Origin: Candidatus Kuenenia stuttgartensis | GTDB taxonomy: Bacteria > Planctomycetota > Brocadiia > Brocadiales > Brocadiaceae | Assembly: GCF_900232105.1 (NCBI RefSeq) | Contig: NZ_LT934425.1 | Span: 240,001-272,000 of the forward strand | Reading direction: 5' to 3' | DNA: 32,000 nucleotides | Shown here: in pieces, positions 7,811-15,062 of the stretch | How positions within the stretch are numbered: position 1 is the first letter of the stretch | How the letters are laid out: each line of letters starts with the position of its first letter | Notes under the pieces: model-generated | Seen by the model: only the letters and a program-made list of their open reading frames with translations | What the model was told of the DNA's origin: nothing | The model's database searches: none | Program-made: the position numbers and the translations under genes

Positions 7811-9511
7811 TTAGTAGGTATGCATTACTTTTAAAGGAGTTGTCATGATATAATCATTACTGGTCTGTGCCCCATGGCATTTAATACATGATGACAGCTT
7901 ACCGGCCAGCTTGATGGTCTTCGTCTCTCCGCCTTCTTCTTTCTCTGTGACCATAACGTCACCATTCGGTTCATATTTAATCCAGAACCAATCCTTCGCA
8001 TCAGGATCAAAACCTTTTATTTTCTGCATTACCGTTATAGAATCAATGTTTTTATCCTTTCTATAATTCTCTTTAATTATTATCGCACCTGGTTGTAATT
8101 CACCTTTCTTATGTTTAATTGCCTCATGGGCGAGATCGTTTACATATGTGGTAAGCCAAAACCCATGTGGTTCTGTTCCTTCATAAAAAGCATTTTTCCC
8201 GGGCCACATTTTCCAGTTTTCCCGATACTTTTCATTTTGCATTCTTTCCCATAGTTCTTTCGCCATTAATTCATAAACAGGCTCGGTTCCTTTCGGTTTT
8301 TCCTCTGTTATTTCTTTTTTTGTAATACTTTTTACAAAACTTGTATAAATATAATCATTAAGAAACTGGTTTTTGTGACAAGAAATGCAGTTATCGACTT
8401 TACCAGCCAAAGAAATAGTTTTCCCATATTTTTCTTCAGTCATTATTGCACCATTTGGTTTAAACTTGATCCAAAACCAATCATTGTTTTCAGGATTAAA
8501 ACCTTTTATCTTCTTCATTACGGTAATGTATTCTAAACTTTTATCAAACATGTAGTTTTCAGTAACGATAACAGCATCAAAAGGCATGGACTCTTTCTTA
8601 CTGACAATAGAATCATAAGCCACTTCATTTACATACGTGCTCAATAAAGTCCCATGTGGATCAATTCCATTATAGAAAGCCTCTTTATCTGGCCACATTT
8701 TCCAACTTTCCTGGTAATTGTCACTCTTCATTTTATTCCAGATTTCAGTAGCTATCCTTTTGGCATTCATAACTTCTTCTTCTTTCTTTTTTGTCTCGCT
8801 TATTTCTTTCCCTATGTCCACAATCGGACTTGTATAAATATAATCATTGTCGGTCTGCAAACTATGGCATTCTATACAATCAGCAACTTTTCCTGCCAAC
8901 TTTAATGCCTTATTATTTTTTTTAACAGTTGTAATTTCACCATCAGTTTCATATTTTACCCAAAACCAATCATTCGCAAGCGGATTGAAGCCTTTTATTT
9001 TATGCATTACTGTTATAAAGGTAATGTTTCTATCTGATGTATAATTCTCAGTAATAATTATCGCTCCAGAGGACAGCTTTCCTTTCTTATTTTTAATTGC
9101 ATCATATGCAATATCATTCACATAGGTAGTCAGCAATTCCCCATGTGGCTGCCTTCCTTTATAAAAGTCTCCCGTATCCGGCCATAACTTCCAATTCAGT
9201 TTGTAATTCTCTTTGTGTATCGTATCCCAGAGTTCCTTTGCTTTCCCCTCCGCATCTGTTATTATCATTTCCGTTTTTTCTGTTTCAGGCAATCCTTTCT
9301 CCGTCTCCAAAGATGTTCCTTCTCCTGTAATTCCGGTCTTTTCTTCTTCAGAAACGTATGGTGATTTCTCTTTAGCAGACGCAGGTGTACTTTTTTCGAC
9401 CGTTTCTGTTGATTCTTCAGATTTGTATCCCCTACCTATTTTTTTACATCCTATTATGGGGAAAAAACCAATTGCAATTACAACTAATAATGATAATAAA
9501 TATTTTTTCAC
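7811..9511 (-). CDS. Lipoprotein with three tandem cytochrome-P460/c'-beta-like domains (three CXXCH)
   Basis: The lipobox is FFPIIGC. The GTG at 9511 has a GAGGG SD; an alternative ATG lies at 9526. An E/K/T/S-rich linker follows. A block of about 140-150 aa is then repeated three times: W(K)(L/M)WP...PHG..L.TYVN...ENY...ITVM.KIKGF.P...DWFW.K...LAGK...C-I-x-C-H...NDYI. The haem motifs are CIECH (8864-8878), CISCH (8375-8389) and CIKCH (7874-7888). Confidence 0.75.
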   Translation of the reverse strand: MKKYLLSLLVVIAIGFFPIIGCKKIGRGYKSEESTETVEKSTPASAKEKSPYVSEEEKTGITGEGTSLETEKGLPETEKTEMIITDAEGKAKELWDTIHKENYKLNWKLWPDTGDFYKGRQPHGELLTTYVNDIAYDAIKNKKGKLSSGAIIITENYTSDRNITFITVMHKIKGFNPLANDWFWVKYETDGEITTVKKNNKALKLAGKVADCIECHSLQTDNDYIYTSPIVDIGKEISETKKKEEEVMNAKRIATEIWNKMKSDNYQESWKMWPDKEAFYNGIDPHGTLLSTYVNEVAYDSIVSKKESMPFDAVIVTENYMFDKSLEYITVMKKIKGFNPENNDWFWIKFKPNGAIMTEEKYGKTISLAGKVDNCISCHKNQFLNDYIYTSFVKSITKKEITEEKPKGTEPVYELMAKELWERMQNEKYRENWKMWPGKNAFYEGTEPHGFWLTTYVNDLAHEAIKHKKGELQPGAIIIKENYRKDKNIDSITVMQKIKGFDPDAKDWFWIKYEPNGDVMVTEKEEGGETKTIKLAGKLSSCIKCHGAQTSNDYIMTTPLKVMHTY

Positions 9512-9557
9512 TTTTATCCCTCTCATTAATTTTTTGATTTAATTTTAGTTTGCATTC

Positions 9558-9637
9558 GTAATTATTCAGCGTAAACGATACACGGCTCGTTCCCAAACCT
9601 TGTACTGAACATAGTATCGTTTACGCTGAATAGTTAC
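9558..9637. mobile_element. 80-bp MITE-like element carrying IS66-type ends
   Basis: GTAATTATTCAGCGTAAACGATAC (9558-9581) and the reverse complement of 9614-9637 (GTAACTATTCAGCGTAAACGATAC) form 24-bp terminal inverted repeats with one mismatch. The first ~14 nt equal the ends of the adjacent IS66-family element. Confidence 0.7.
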
Positions 9638-9733
9638 CTTTTAAGAGCATCGTCTCTGTCACCTGTTCTCCATCATAAACTTTAGCAAATTAAAGCATCC
9701 CCGCTCAAAATTGAGGCTAATTGCAAAATTTTG
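9638..9733 (-). pseudogene. Radical-SAM enzyme pseudogene, downstream remnant between the IS66 element and the MITE
   Basis: After removing the IS and one TSD copy, the reverse-strand reading continues ...INRPYKILQLASILSG..., hits a stop, and resumes in another frame as FAKVYDGEQVTETMLLKG. It is then cut by the MITE. Confidence 0.6.
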
Positions 9734-11457
9734 GTATCTATTCAGCGTATTTTCACCCACTGTCGCTACGAGCTAGCAAAATCAGGCAATTCGCCACGGA
9801 ATAGCATCTGTAATGCCCGGCTCAAATTTACACCTTGTTTTCGACAGGTCGAGAGATAACTCCGAATGCGGCAGAAAATTTTCGCTCCCTCCAAAGAACG
9901 AAAACAGCCAGATATCTTCTGCTGAACCTTCGTCATCCTGATATCGTTTTCTGCCAAATTGTTCGTAAAGGGAACATTTTTATTGTCCATAAACCTCAAC
10001 ACATCACCCTCATACGTCCTCAATCGTTCCAGAAGATTCCGTGCCTTTGTCCTTTTTACCCTCCCCCTTTTTCCCTTACGGTTCGTTTCATCAGGAGGAG
10101 GGCTTTCGGCTTCTGCGTTTTGGAGTATCTTCCTATACCTTTGCCGGTATTTTTCTGACTCATCAGTTCCCAGCATTCCCCCGGCATCACTCGTCGCACG
10201 GTTTATCTCTTTAAGTAATGCTTTCATCTCTTTCGCCCACTCCTGCTTATTATCATCTTCCCACACACCATCCAATTCCCTCAAGTGGTGTGCATTACAC
10301 AACGCATGCGTACAGTTGCTATAGGTGTAATACGACTTCAAATGGTCGTGGCAAAGAATCCCCTTAAATTCAGGTAATATCCCGATACTATTTATCGCTT
10401 CTGTTCCACGTCTTTCATGCGGGAAAAAGTACGTCCACAAACTATTGGATGCACTGTGCAACCAATACCTGTCTCCATTCTTGTTGATACTAGTTTCATC
10501 CACATGCATCACCTCTGATTTTGCAAGTTCTTCCCTGGCTCTCACTTCGAAGGGTTCCAATGACTCGTAGGCTTCCCTGTTAAAGTTGTAAACAGAACCT
10601 TCACTCAGCGGTATCCCAATCTGTCCTTCAAAATACTCCTGTATCCTCTTGTAGGGTATCAATTGATACTGCGACATATAGACTGCATGCGCTTTCAAAT
10701 CCGGACCATACTGCACCGCCTTTGTTACCCCTTCCGGAAATGACGCTACAATCCGGTTCCCTTTCGCATCCTCTACTACCTCTGCACGATACTCCGTTAC
10801 TACACGCGAAATCTTTATATCAAACACCTGGCGTGCTTCGTAACCTACCACCTTGTATTTGCTGCGCGGATACTTCCTCCGGTCTACTTTTATTACTTCC
10901 ACCTCATCAGGATTGTCTACCTTTTTGAGCGTTACTCCATCACGGCCCTTTTGCCCGCCTGCCTTCCTTTCACCCTTCGCCTTGCTTTCTTTCTTGCGAT
11001 TCGGATCGCTTGAGGGAGGCTTGCTGCTGTTGCGGCTGTTCCGGTTCAGACGTCCTACCAGCAGTGTTATCAATAATACCAACAACTCTATCATTGACCT
11101 CACCGCCGGTGACAGCCCTTTCTCTTCTGAAAGCAGCTTCTCTACTTTTTGGAGTGTTGCGTCTACGTCTATATTCTCTATCGTCAATGGATGATACCTG
11201 TATATATAATTAGCCTGAAATTATCTACTGCATCTATTATACTGCAGGTTTTTTCACCCTTTTCTTTCGCTCTATAACACACCACAAGGGCTCGAAATTC
11301 TATAACTGAACAGACCCCACACACGTCTCTATGCACGGCATCTTGCTGCCTGTTTTTAACGCATTTACAAACATATACATACACTACCAGGTAAATTGCT
11401 TGTTTGTAACATTTCTGCTGTCAAGTAAATTCTAAATTATTTTCGCTGAATAGTTAC
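9734..11457 (-). mobile_element. Complete single-ORF IS66-family insertion sequence (1724 bp) with 8-bp target-site duplication
   Basis: The ends are GTATCTATTCAGCG (9734-9747) and the reverse complement of 11444-11457, GTAACTATTCAGCG, which fits the GTAA-type IS66 terminus. The flanking direct repeat AAATTTTG is identical at 9726-9733 and 11458-11465. Confidence 0.88.
9766..11187 (-). CDS. IS66-family transposase (TnpC-type)
   Basis: 473 aa with an N-terminal leucine-zipper-like helix, a basic region (NSSKPPSSDPNRKK...), MHVDETSINKNG, GILCHDHLKSY, ALCNAHHLREL, and C-terminal VPFTNNLAENDIRMTKVQQKISGCFRS. All are typical IS66 TnpC blocks. The start codon is TTG. Confidence 0.9.
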   Translation of the reverse strand: MTIENIDVDATLQKVEKLLSEEKGLSPAVRSMIELLVLLITLLVGRLNRNSRNSSKPPSSDPNRKKESKAKGERKAGGQKGRDGVTLKKVDNPDEVEVIKVDRRKYPRSKYKVVGYEARQVFDIKISRVVTEYRAEVVEDAKGNRIVASFPEGVTKAVQYGPDLKAHAVYMSQYQLIPYKRIQEYFEGQIGIPLSEGSVYNFNREAYESLEPFEVRAREELAKSEVMHVDETSINKNGDRYWLHSASNSLWTYFFPHERRGTEAINSIGILPEFKGILCHDHLKSYYTYSNCTHALCNAHHLRELDGVWEDDNKQEWAKEMKALLKEINRATSDAGGMLGTDESEKYRQRYRKILQNAEAESPPPDETNRKGKRGRVKRTKARNLLERLRTYEGDVLRFMDNKNVPFTNNLAENDIRMTKVQQKISGCFRSLEGAKIFCRIRSYLSTCRKQGVNLSRALQMLFRGELPDFASS

Positions 11458-11833
11458 AAATTTTGTAAGGCCTGTTGATTTTGCGCCGGACATCTGCACG
11501 CCAGATGAGGGATACATGGTAATCGCCGCAATCTTTATCCCATACGATTTCAGCGCTTCAATCTCCAGACCAAGATTGACATCCAGGGAGGTTCACCGTC
11601 AGGCACAAAAGTAAGGTAATCTATGTATTCTCCAGATTCCCTTAGCTTCTCTATTTTCTCATCCGCTTCTTTCAGAATAACATCAGGTTTATAAAATTCA
11701 CGTCGCTTAACAAGCCTTCGCATCGTGTACCCCAACTGGCAATAAACACATGAATAGGTGCAAACTTTCGGTGGAATATTGTTAATACCAAGACTGCGCC
11801 TTTATCCACCCTACTAAAGACTGTTTTGGCCAA
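11458..11833 (-). pseudogene. Radical-SAM enzyme pseudogene, N-terminal part (multiple frameshifts, interrupted by IS66 element)
   Basis: The reverse strand reads RSLGINNIPPKVCTYSCVYCQLG, with the CX3CX2C cluster at 11739-11762, then ...EYIDYLTFVPDGEP. Similarity continues only after frame changes (LDVNLGLEIEALKSYGIKIAAIT, then SLIWRADVRRKINRPYKI). An in-frame stop lies just upstream of RRSLG. Confidence 0.7.
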
Positions 11834-12000
11834 CGATTATCTTCTTCTTCTTTTTAACTCAAAATTTTAGATAGCCGCCTTACCCACCTCTACTGCAACT
11901 TATGTGATATCTCCTTGAGTTTTTTTCGTGCCAGGCCTTTAATACATATTTTTAAATTAGGTTGGGTTTTTAAATAAAAAACCAACCGGCATTCATTTTT

Positions 12001-12086
12001 ACCCACCCCTTACCCCTCCAAATAGGGGAATTTGATATAGAGACGCAGGGCCATGCGTCTCTATAGGAGGGGTTTGAGGGGTGGGT
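12001..12086. repeat. 86-bp nested palindromic extragenic element
   Basis: Outer arms are ACCCACCCCTTACCCCTCC and GGAGGGGTTTGAGGGGTGGGT. The inner perfect hairpin is ATAGAGACGCA-gggcca-TGCGTCTCTAT (12037-12064). Confidence 0.7.
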
Positions 12087-12224
12087 TTGTTCATTGCTTA
12101 ACTGAAAATATTGAAATCCATAAACATTTAATGTCGTAGCAAGTCTCGCCTTACCGCTACATAATCGGTTTAAAATCCCTAAGTATTTAATTCTCAAGTA
12201 CAGTCAGGCTTATTATGAAAAATA

Positions 12225-13235
12225 CTAATGCCCTGATGGTTGTTTGCCTCTTTTTTCAAGGGCTTCTTCAAATGTGTAGATTTTTCCACCAAATCCTTTT
12301 TGGAATTTTACTGCATCATCCTTTTTGCCAAAGGCGATCCAGTTATCAGAACAAGCAGGAACGGCATCGCTATGATGGAGCATGTACATCTTTGAAACAT
12401 CCATCCATTCGCCGCTAATAAAATCCCTTGCCCTAACGGATGCTATTTTGTCTTTATTTCCTGCATGTTCCCATAACCCACAGTGTGGACATATATATGA
12501 TACTGTTTCACCATTGGTATAGGTAATCTGGTAATCAGTATTTTCATTCCCTTTCAGCGGCATATGACACAAAGGGCATCTCACCTCTTTTTGCACCGCC
12601 AAGTAGCCCTCACATTTCATGTTTGTATTAAAGTATGCGTTACTTCCTTTAAGTTCAAATTTTCGTTCTCCATCATGAAAACTGGCAGAAACAACTCTTC
12701 CCTGCATAAATACCCGATTAAGTTTGCTTTTGGTGTTTGTATGCATTACAGGGGTTGCGTTGTCACCTCCAAGCACAGGTTCCGTTGTTAATACCATAAT
12801 CTTACCACCATCGACTGTCACAGCGAAATTACCACCCTTGCCAGAGAATGCTATTTTCGCACTACCAGCGCTTTCTATCTTACCATATGCGGCGCAAATG
12901 ATTTTTGCAAATGCTATAGCTGCTTGTTTTTGTTCTTCATTTTTTGCATCAACATAAATACGCACCCATTCTCCCGGTTTCGTTGCGTATGCAATTTTTA
13001 CCCCTGTCAGGTCTGTACCCTTAAATATACTTTCTTCCAAAGACAGAGCGGCCACCGTCTGGCACCCCATGTTGAAAGAAATCAATTCGCAAGGGCAGGG
13101 AATATCACAACTGCACCCTTCTACAAAAACACCTTCAATATGATATGTTTCCTCCGCAGTAACATTTGAGACAAAGAACAGAGGAATACCAACAAAAAAC
13201 AGTATCAATAAAAGAATATAATATTTTGTACGCAT
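12225..13235 (-). CDS. Secreted fusion protein: DUF1326 domain + Cys4 ribbon + NosL-like domain
   Basis: A signal/anchor MRTKYYILLLILFFVGIPLFFVSNVTA comes first. The DUF1326 pattern is YHIEGVFVEGCSCDIPCPCEL...GCQ. A CPLCHM...CPHCG ribbon follows. The NosL-like C-terminus is ARDFISGEWMDVSKMYML..SD...IAFGKKDDAVKFQKGFGGKIYTFEEA. Confidence 0.7.
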   Translation of the reverse strand: MRTKYYILLLILFFVGIPLFFVSNVTAEETYHIEGVFVEGCSCDIPCPCELISFNMGCQTVAALSLEESIFKGTDLTGVKIAYATKPGEWVRIYVDAKNEEQKQAAIAFAKIICAAYGKIESAGSAKIAFSGKGGNFAVTVDGGKIMVLTTEPVLGGDNATPVMHTNTKSKLNRVFMQGRVVSASFHDGERKFELKGSNAYFNTNMKCEGYLAVQKEVRCPLCHMPLKGNENTDYQITYTNGETVSYICPHCGLWEHAGNKDKIASVRARDFISGEWMDVSKMYMLHHSDAVPACSDNWIAFGKKDDAVKFQKGFGGKIYTFEEALEKRGKQPSGH

Positions 13236-13355
13236 GTTAAACCTCCTTCGTTAATGTTTTTAACTTTCCGATTTCATCCGCACTATCTTTGTTATTTTTC
13301 ACCTGCTTGGAGTTTCACAACCAATAGCATCGGCGCTCATTTTTCGTATATACTT

Positions 13356-14741
13356 TCATACCTTTAATGGTAGCCCGGCATTGGACCATGCCTGCATCCC
13401 ACCGGCAAGATTGTGTACGTTTGTATAGCCATGTAGTTGTAAGTAACTTGCCCCTATACTCCCGCGATATCCCACGCGACAGGTAACTATAATTTTTTCT
13501 TCTTTGGGCAAATCCACTTCTTTAAGAAGCATGTCCGATAGCGGCAAAAGCTCCGCTTCTTCTATATGCCCTTTGTTCCATTCAGATTCCGACCTGACGT
13601 CTATTATATACTGATACGTACTACTCTTAATTTCATCGCGCAATTCCTGCGCCGAGATCTGAGGAAGTCTTTGTATAGGAAACCCCTGCTCCTGCCAGGC
13701 CGAAATGCCGCTTTGCAAATATCCAATAATATTGTCGTAACCAATCCTGTAAAGGATGGAGCGCATATCTCTATACTTTGTGTCTTCGGTAAAGACCAGG
13801 AGGATGTTAGACTCAGGCTCCACCGCCATACCGATCCAGTTCGCCATTTGACTCCCAAAGCCGATATTAATACTTCCCGGAATATGTACGCCGCCATAGG
13901 CAGATGCATCCCTTGTATCAATGATCTTCGCTCCTCTTTTCAGTGCTTCCCTAAATTGCAAGGGTGTCAGAGGTCTGTCATCGTTGAATTTATCCAGCCA
14001 TGGTGCACCTTTCATGTTCATTGATATAATGTGAGAAAAACTCTTTGGGCGATCAGGGTATTCCCGCATTAAAGATTTTTTAAATTCATCCAAAGAATCA
14101 AGACGTAGAAGAGGGTTCGCGTGGCGTTCATATCCCAGCGTTGTGCTGGTTTTAGAACTAATGCCTTTTCCGCAAAGAGAGCCTTGTCCATGTGCCGGAT
14201 AAACCCCTAAACGATCGGGTAGTTTACCTAATTTTTTATAAATACTTTCATAAAGATTTTTTACCTGTTTTTCTAAAAGTTCTTTACCTGCCAGGTCAGG
14301 CCTTCCTACATCCCCGACAAACAGAAGATCACCGGTTAGCATAAACCATGGTTCCTCCTCCGACCTGCTTGTGTCTTTTACTAAAAGCGAGATGGAATGC
14401 GGCGTGTGTCCGGGAGTATGTAGCACCTCAAGTATTGCCGTACCTAATTCAATAGTGTCTCCTTCTTTTAAAGTCTTGTGTTTAAAGGCAACGGGCGCTT
14501 TCTCGTAAAAATAGATATCAGCGCCTGTACGGGCGGTGATTTCCAAATTGCCGCTTATATGATCGGCATGGATATGTGTTTCGATAACGTGTGTTATCTT
14601 CATTCCCTGATTTCTCGTTATATCAAGGTATTCCTGTATCTCTCTTTTAGGGTCAATAACTGCCGCAACTTTTGCAGCGGGGCAACCAATCACATAAGAA
14701 AGGCAACCGATCCCAGGAGTTTCAATTTGTTTGAAATACAT
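13356..14741 (-). CDS. MBL-fold persulfide-dioxygenase-like domain fused to two rhodanese domains (CstB-like architecture)
   Basis: The metallo-beta-lactamase motif is THIHADHISG. The C-terminus has two rhodanese-like modules, the last with the active-site loop CRVGYRGS. A GGCAAGGAG SD precedes the ATG at 14741. Confidence 0.85.
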   Translation of the reverse strand: MYFKQIETPGIGCLSYVIGCPAAKVAAVIDPKREIQEYLDITRNQGMKITHVIETHIHADHISGNLEITARTGADIYFYEKAPVAFKHKTLKEGDTIELGTAILEVLHTPGHTPHSISLLVKDTSRSEEEPWFMLTGDLLFVGDVGRPDLAGKELLEKQVKNLYESIYKKLGKLPDRLGVYPAHGQGSLCGKGISSKTSTTLGYERHANPLLRLDSLDEFKKSLMREYPDRPKSFSHIISMNMKGAPWLDKFNDDRPLTPLQFREALKRGAKIIDTRDASAYGGVHIPGSINIGFGSQMANWIGMAVEPESNILLVFTEDTKYRDMRSILYRIGYDNIIGYLQSGISAWQEQGFPIQRLPQISAQELRDEIKSSTYQYIIDVRSESEWNKGHIEEAELLPLSDMLLKEVDLPKEEKIIVTCRVGYRGSIGASYLQLHGYTNVHNLAGGMQAWSNAGLPLKV

Positions 14742-14801
14742 GTTAATTCTCCTTGCCGGGTATTTGAGCATTTGGCAATAGTTCACCCACCTATAAATAA
14801 A

Positions 14802-14931
14802 AAATACGAAGCACGAAATCCGAAATCCGAAACAAATTCCAAAATCCTCCCCCTTGCCTCCTCTAAAGGGGGATAATGTCCCCCGCTGGCGGGGGTGCAG
14901 GGGGTGGATTCGTATTTAGCATTTCGTATTT
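14802..14931. repeat. ~130-bp compound palindromic extragenic element
   Basis: The outer imperfect arms are AAATACGAAGCACGAAATCCGAAATCC and GGATTCGTATTTAGCATTTCGTATTT. They enclose two GC hairpins: TCCCCCTT-n10-AAGGGGGA and the palindrome CCCCCGCTGGCGGGGG. Confidence 0.65.
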
Positions 14932-15062
14932 CACCATTAAATACTTTGTCAAAAAGCACGCACTGACGAATGGAAGTGTGCAAAGAAATTGCCTATAAGG
15001 TTCGTCTCCTGAGAGGGGCGGAACTATTACATTATTTATTATTTGTATGAAAAACAGCAACG

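Noticed and set aside
8654-9542. Plus-strand ORFs (8654-8905, 8847-9044, 9145-9330, 9213-9542) antisense to the P460-like gene. Similar antisense ORFs lie at 298-711, 1286-2961, 3784-4152, 9835-11213, 12564-13169, 13566-14024, 19004-20078, 26028-26731 and 27148-27880.
   Set aside because: They are shadow ORFs inside longer, motif-supported genes on the other strand. Their translations are low-complexity with no motifs and no SDs.
11184-11384. 66-aa ORF between the IS66 transposase start and the IS right end, considered as a possible accessory gene (tnpA/tnpB-like).
   Set aside because: It is Cys/Val-rich with no similarity to IS66 TnpA/TnpB patterns and no SD. It overlaps the probable transposase promoter region.
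11524-11553. Sequence GCCGCAATC-TTTATCCCA-TACGA-TTTCAGCG, resembling a collapsed version of the duplicated leader (GCCGCAATC...TTTATCCA.TTTCAGGG).
   Set aside because: It lies inside the radical-SAM pseudogene, where it encodes conserved residues on the other strand (ALKSYGIKIAAIT). It lacks the central hairpin arm and the SD, so the resemblance is probably chance.
11970-12197. 75-aa ORF (...SPIWRGKGWV...), together with ORFs 14783-14983 and 14863-15087 (...PPLEEARGR..., ...PPPAPPPAGD...).
   Set aside because: They are read straight through the palindromic GC-rich extragenic elements. Peptides of this kind are typical translation artefacts of hairpin repeats.
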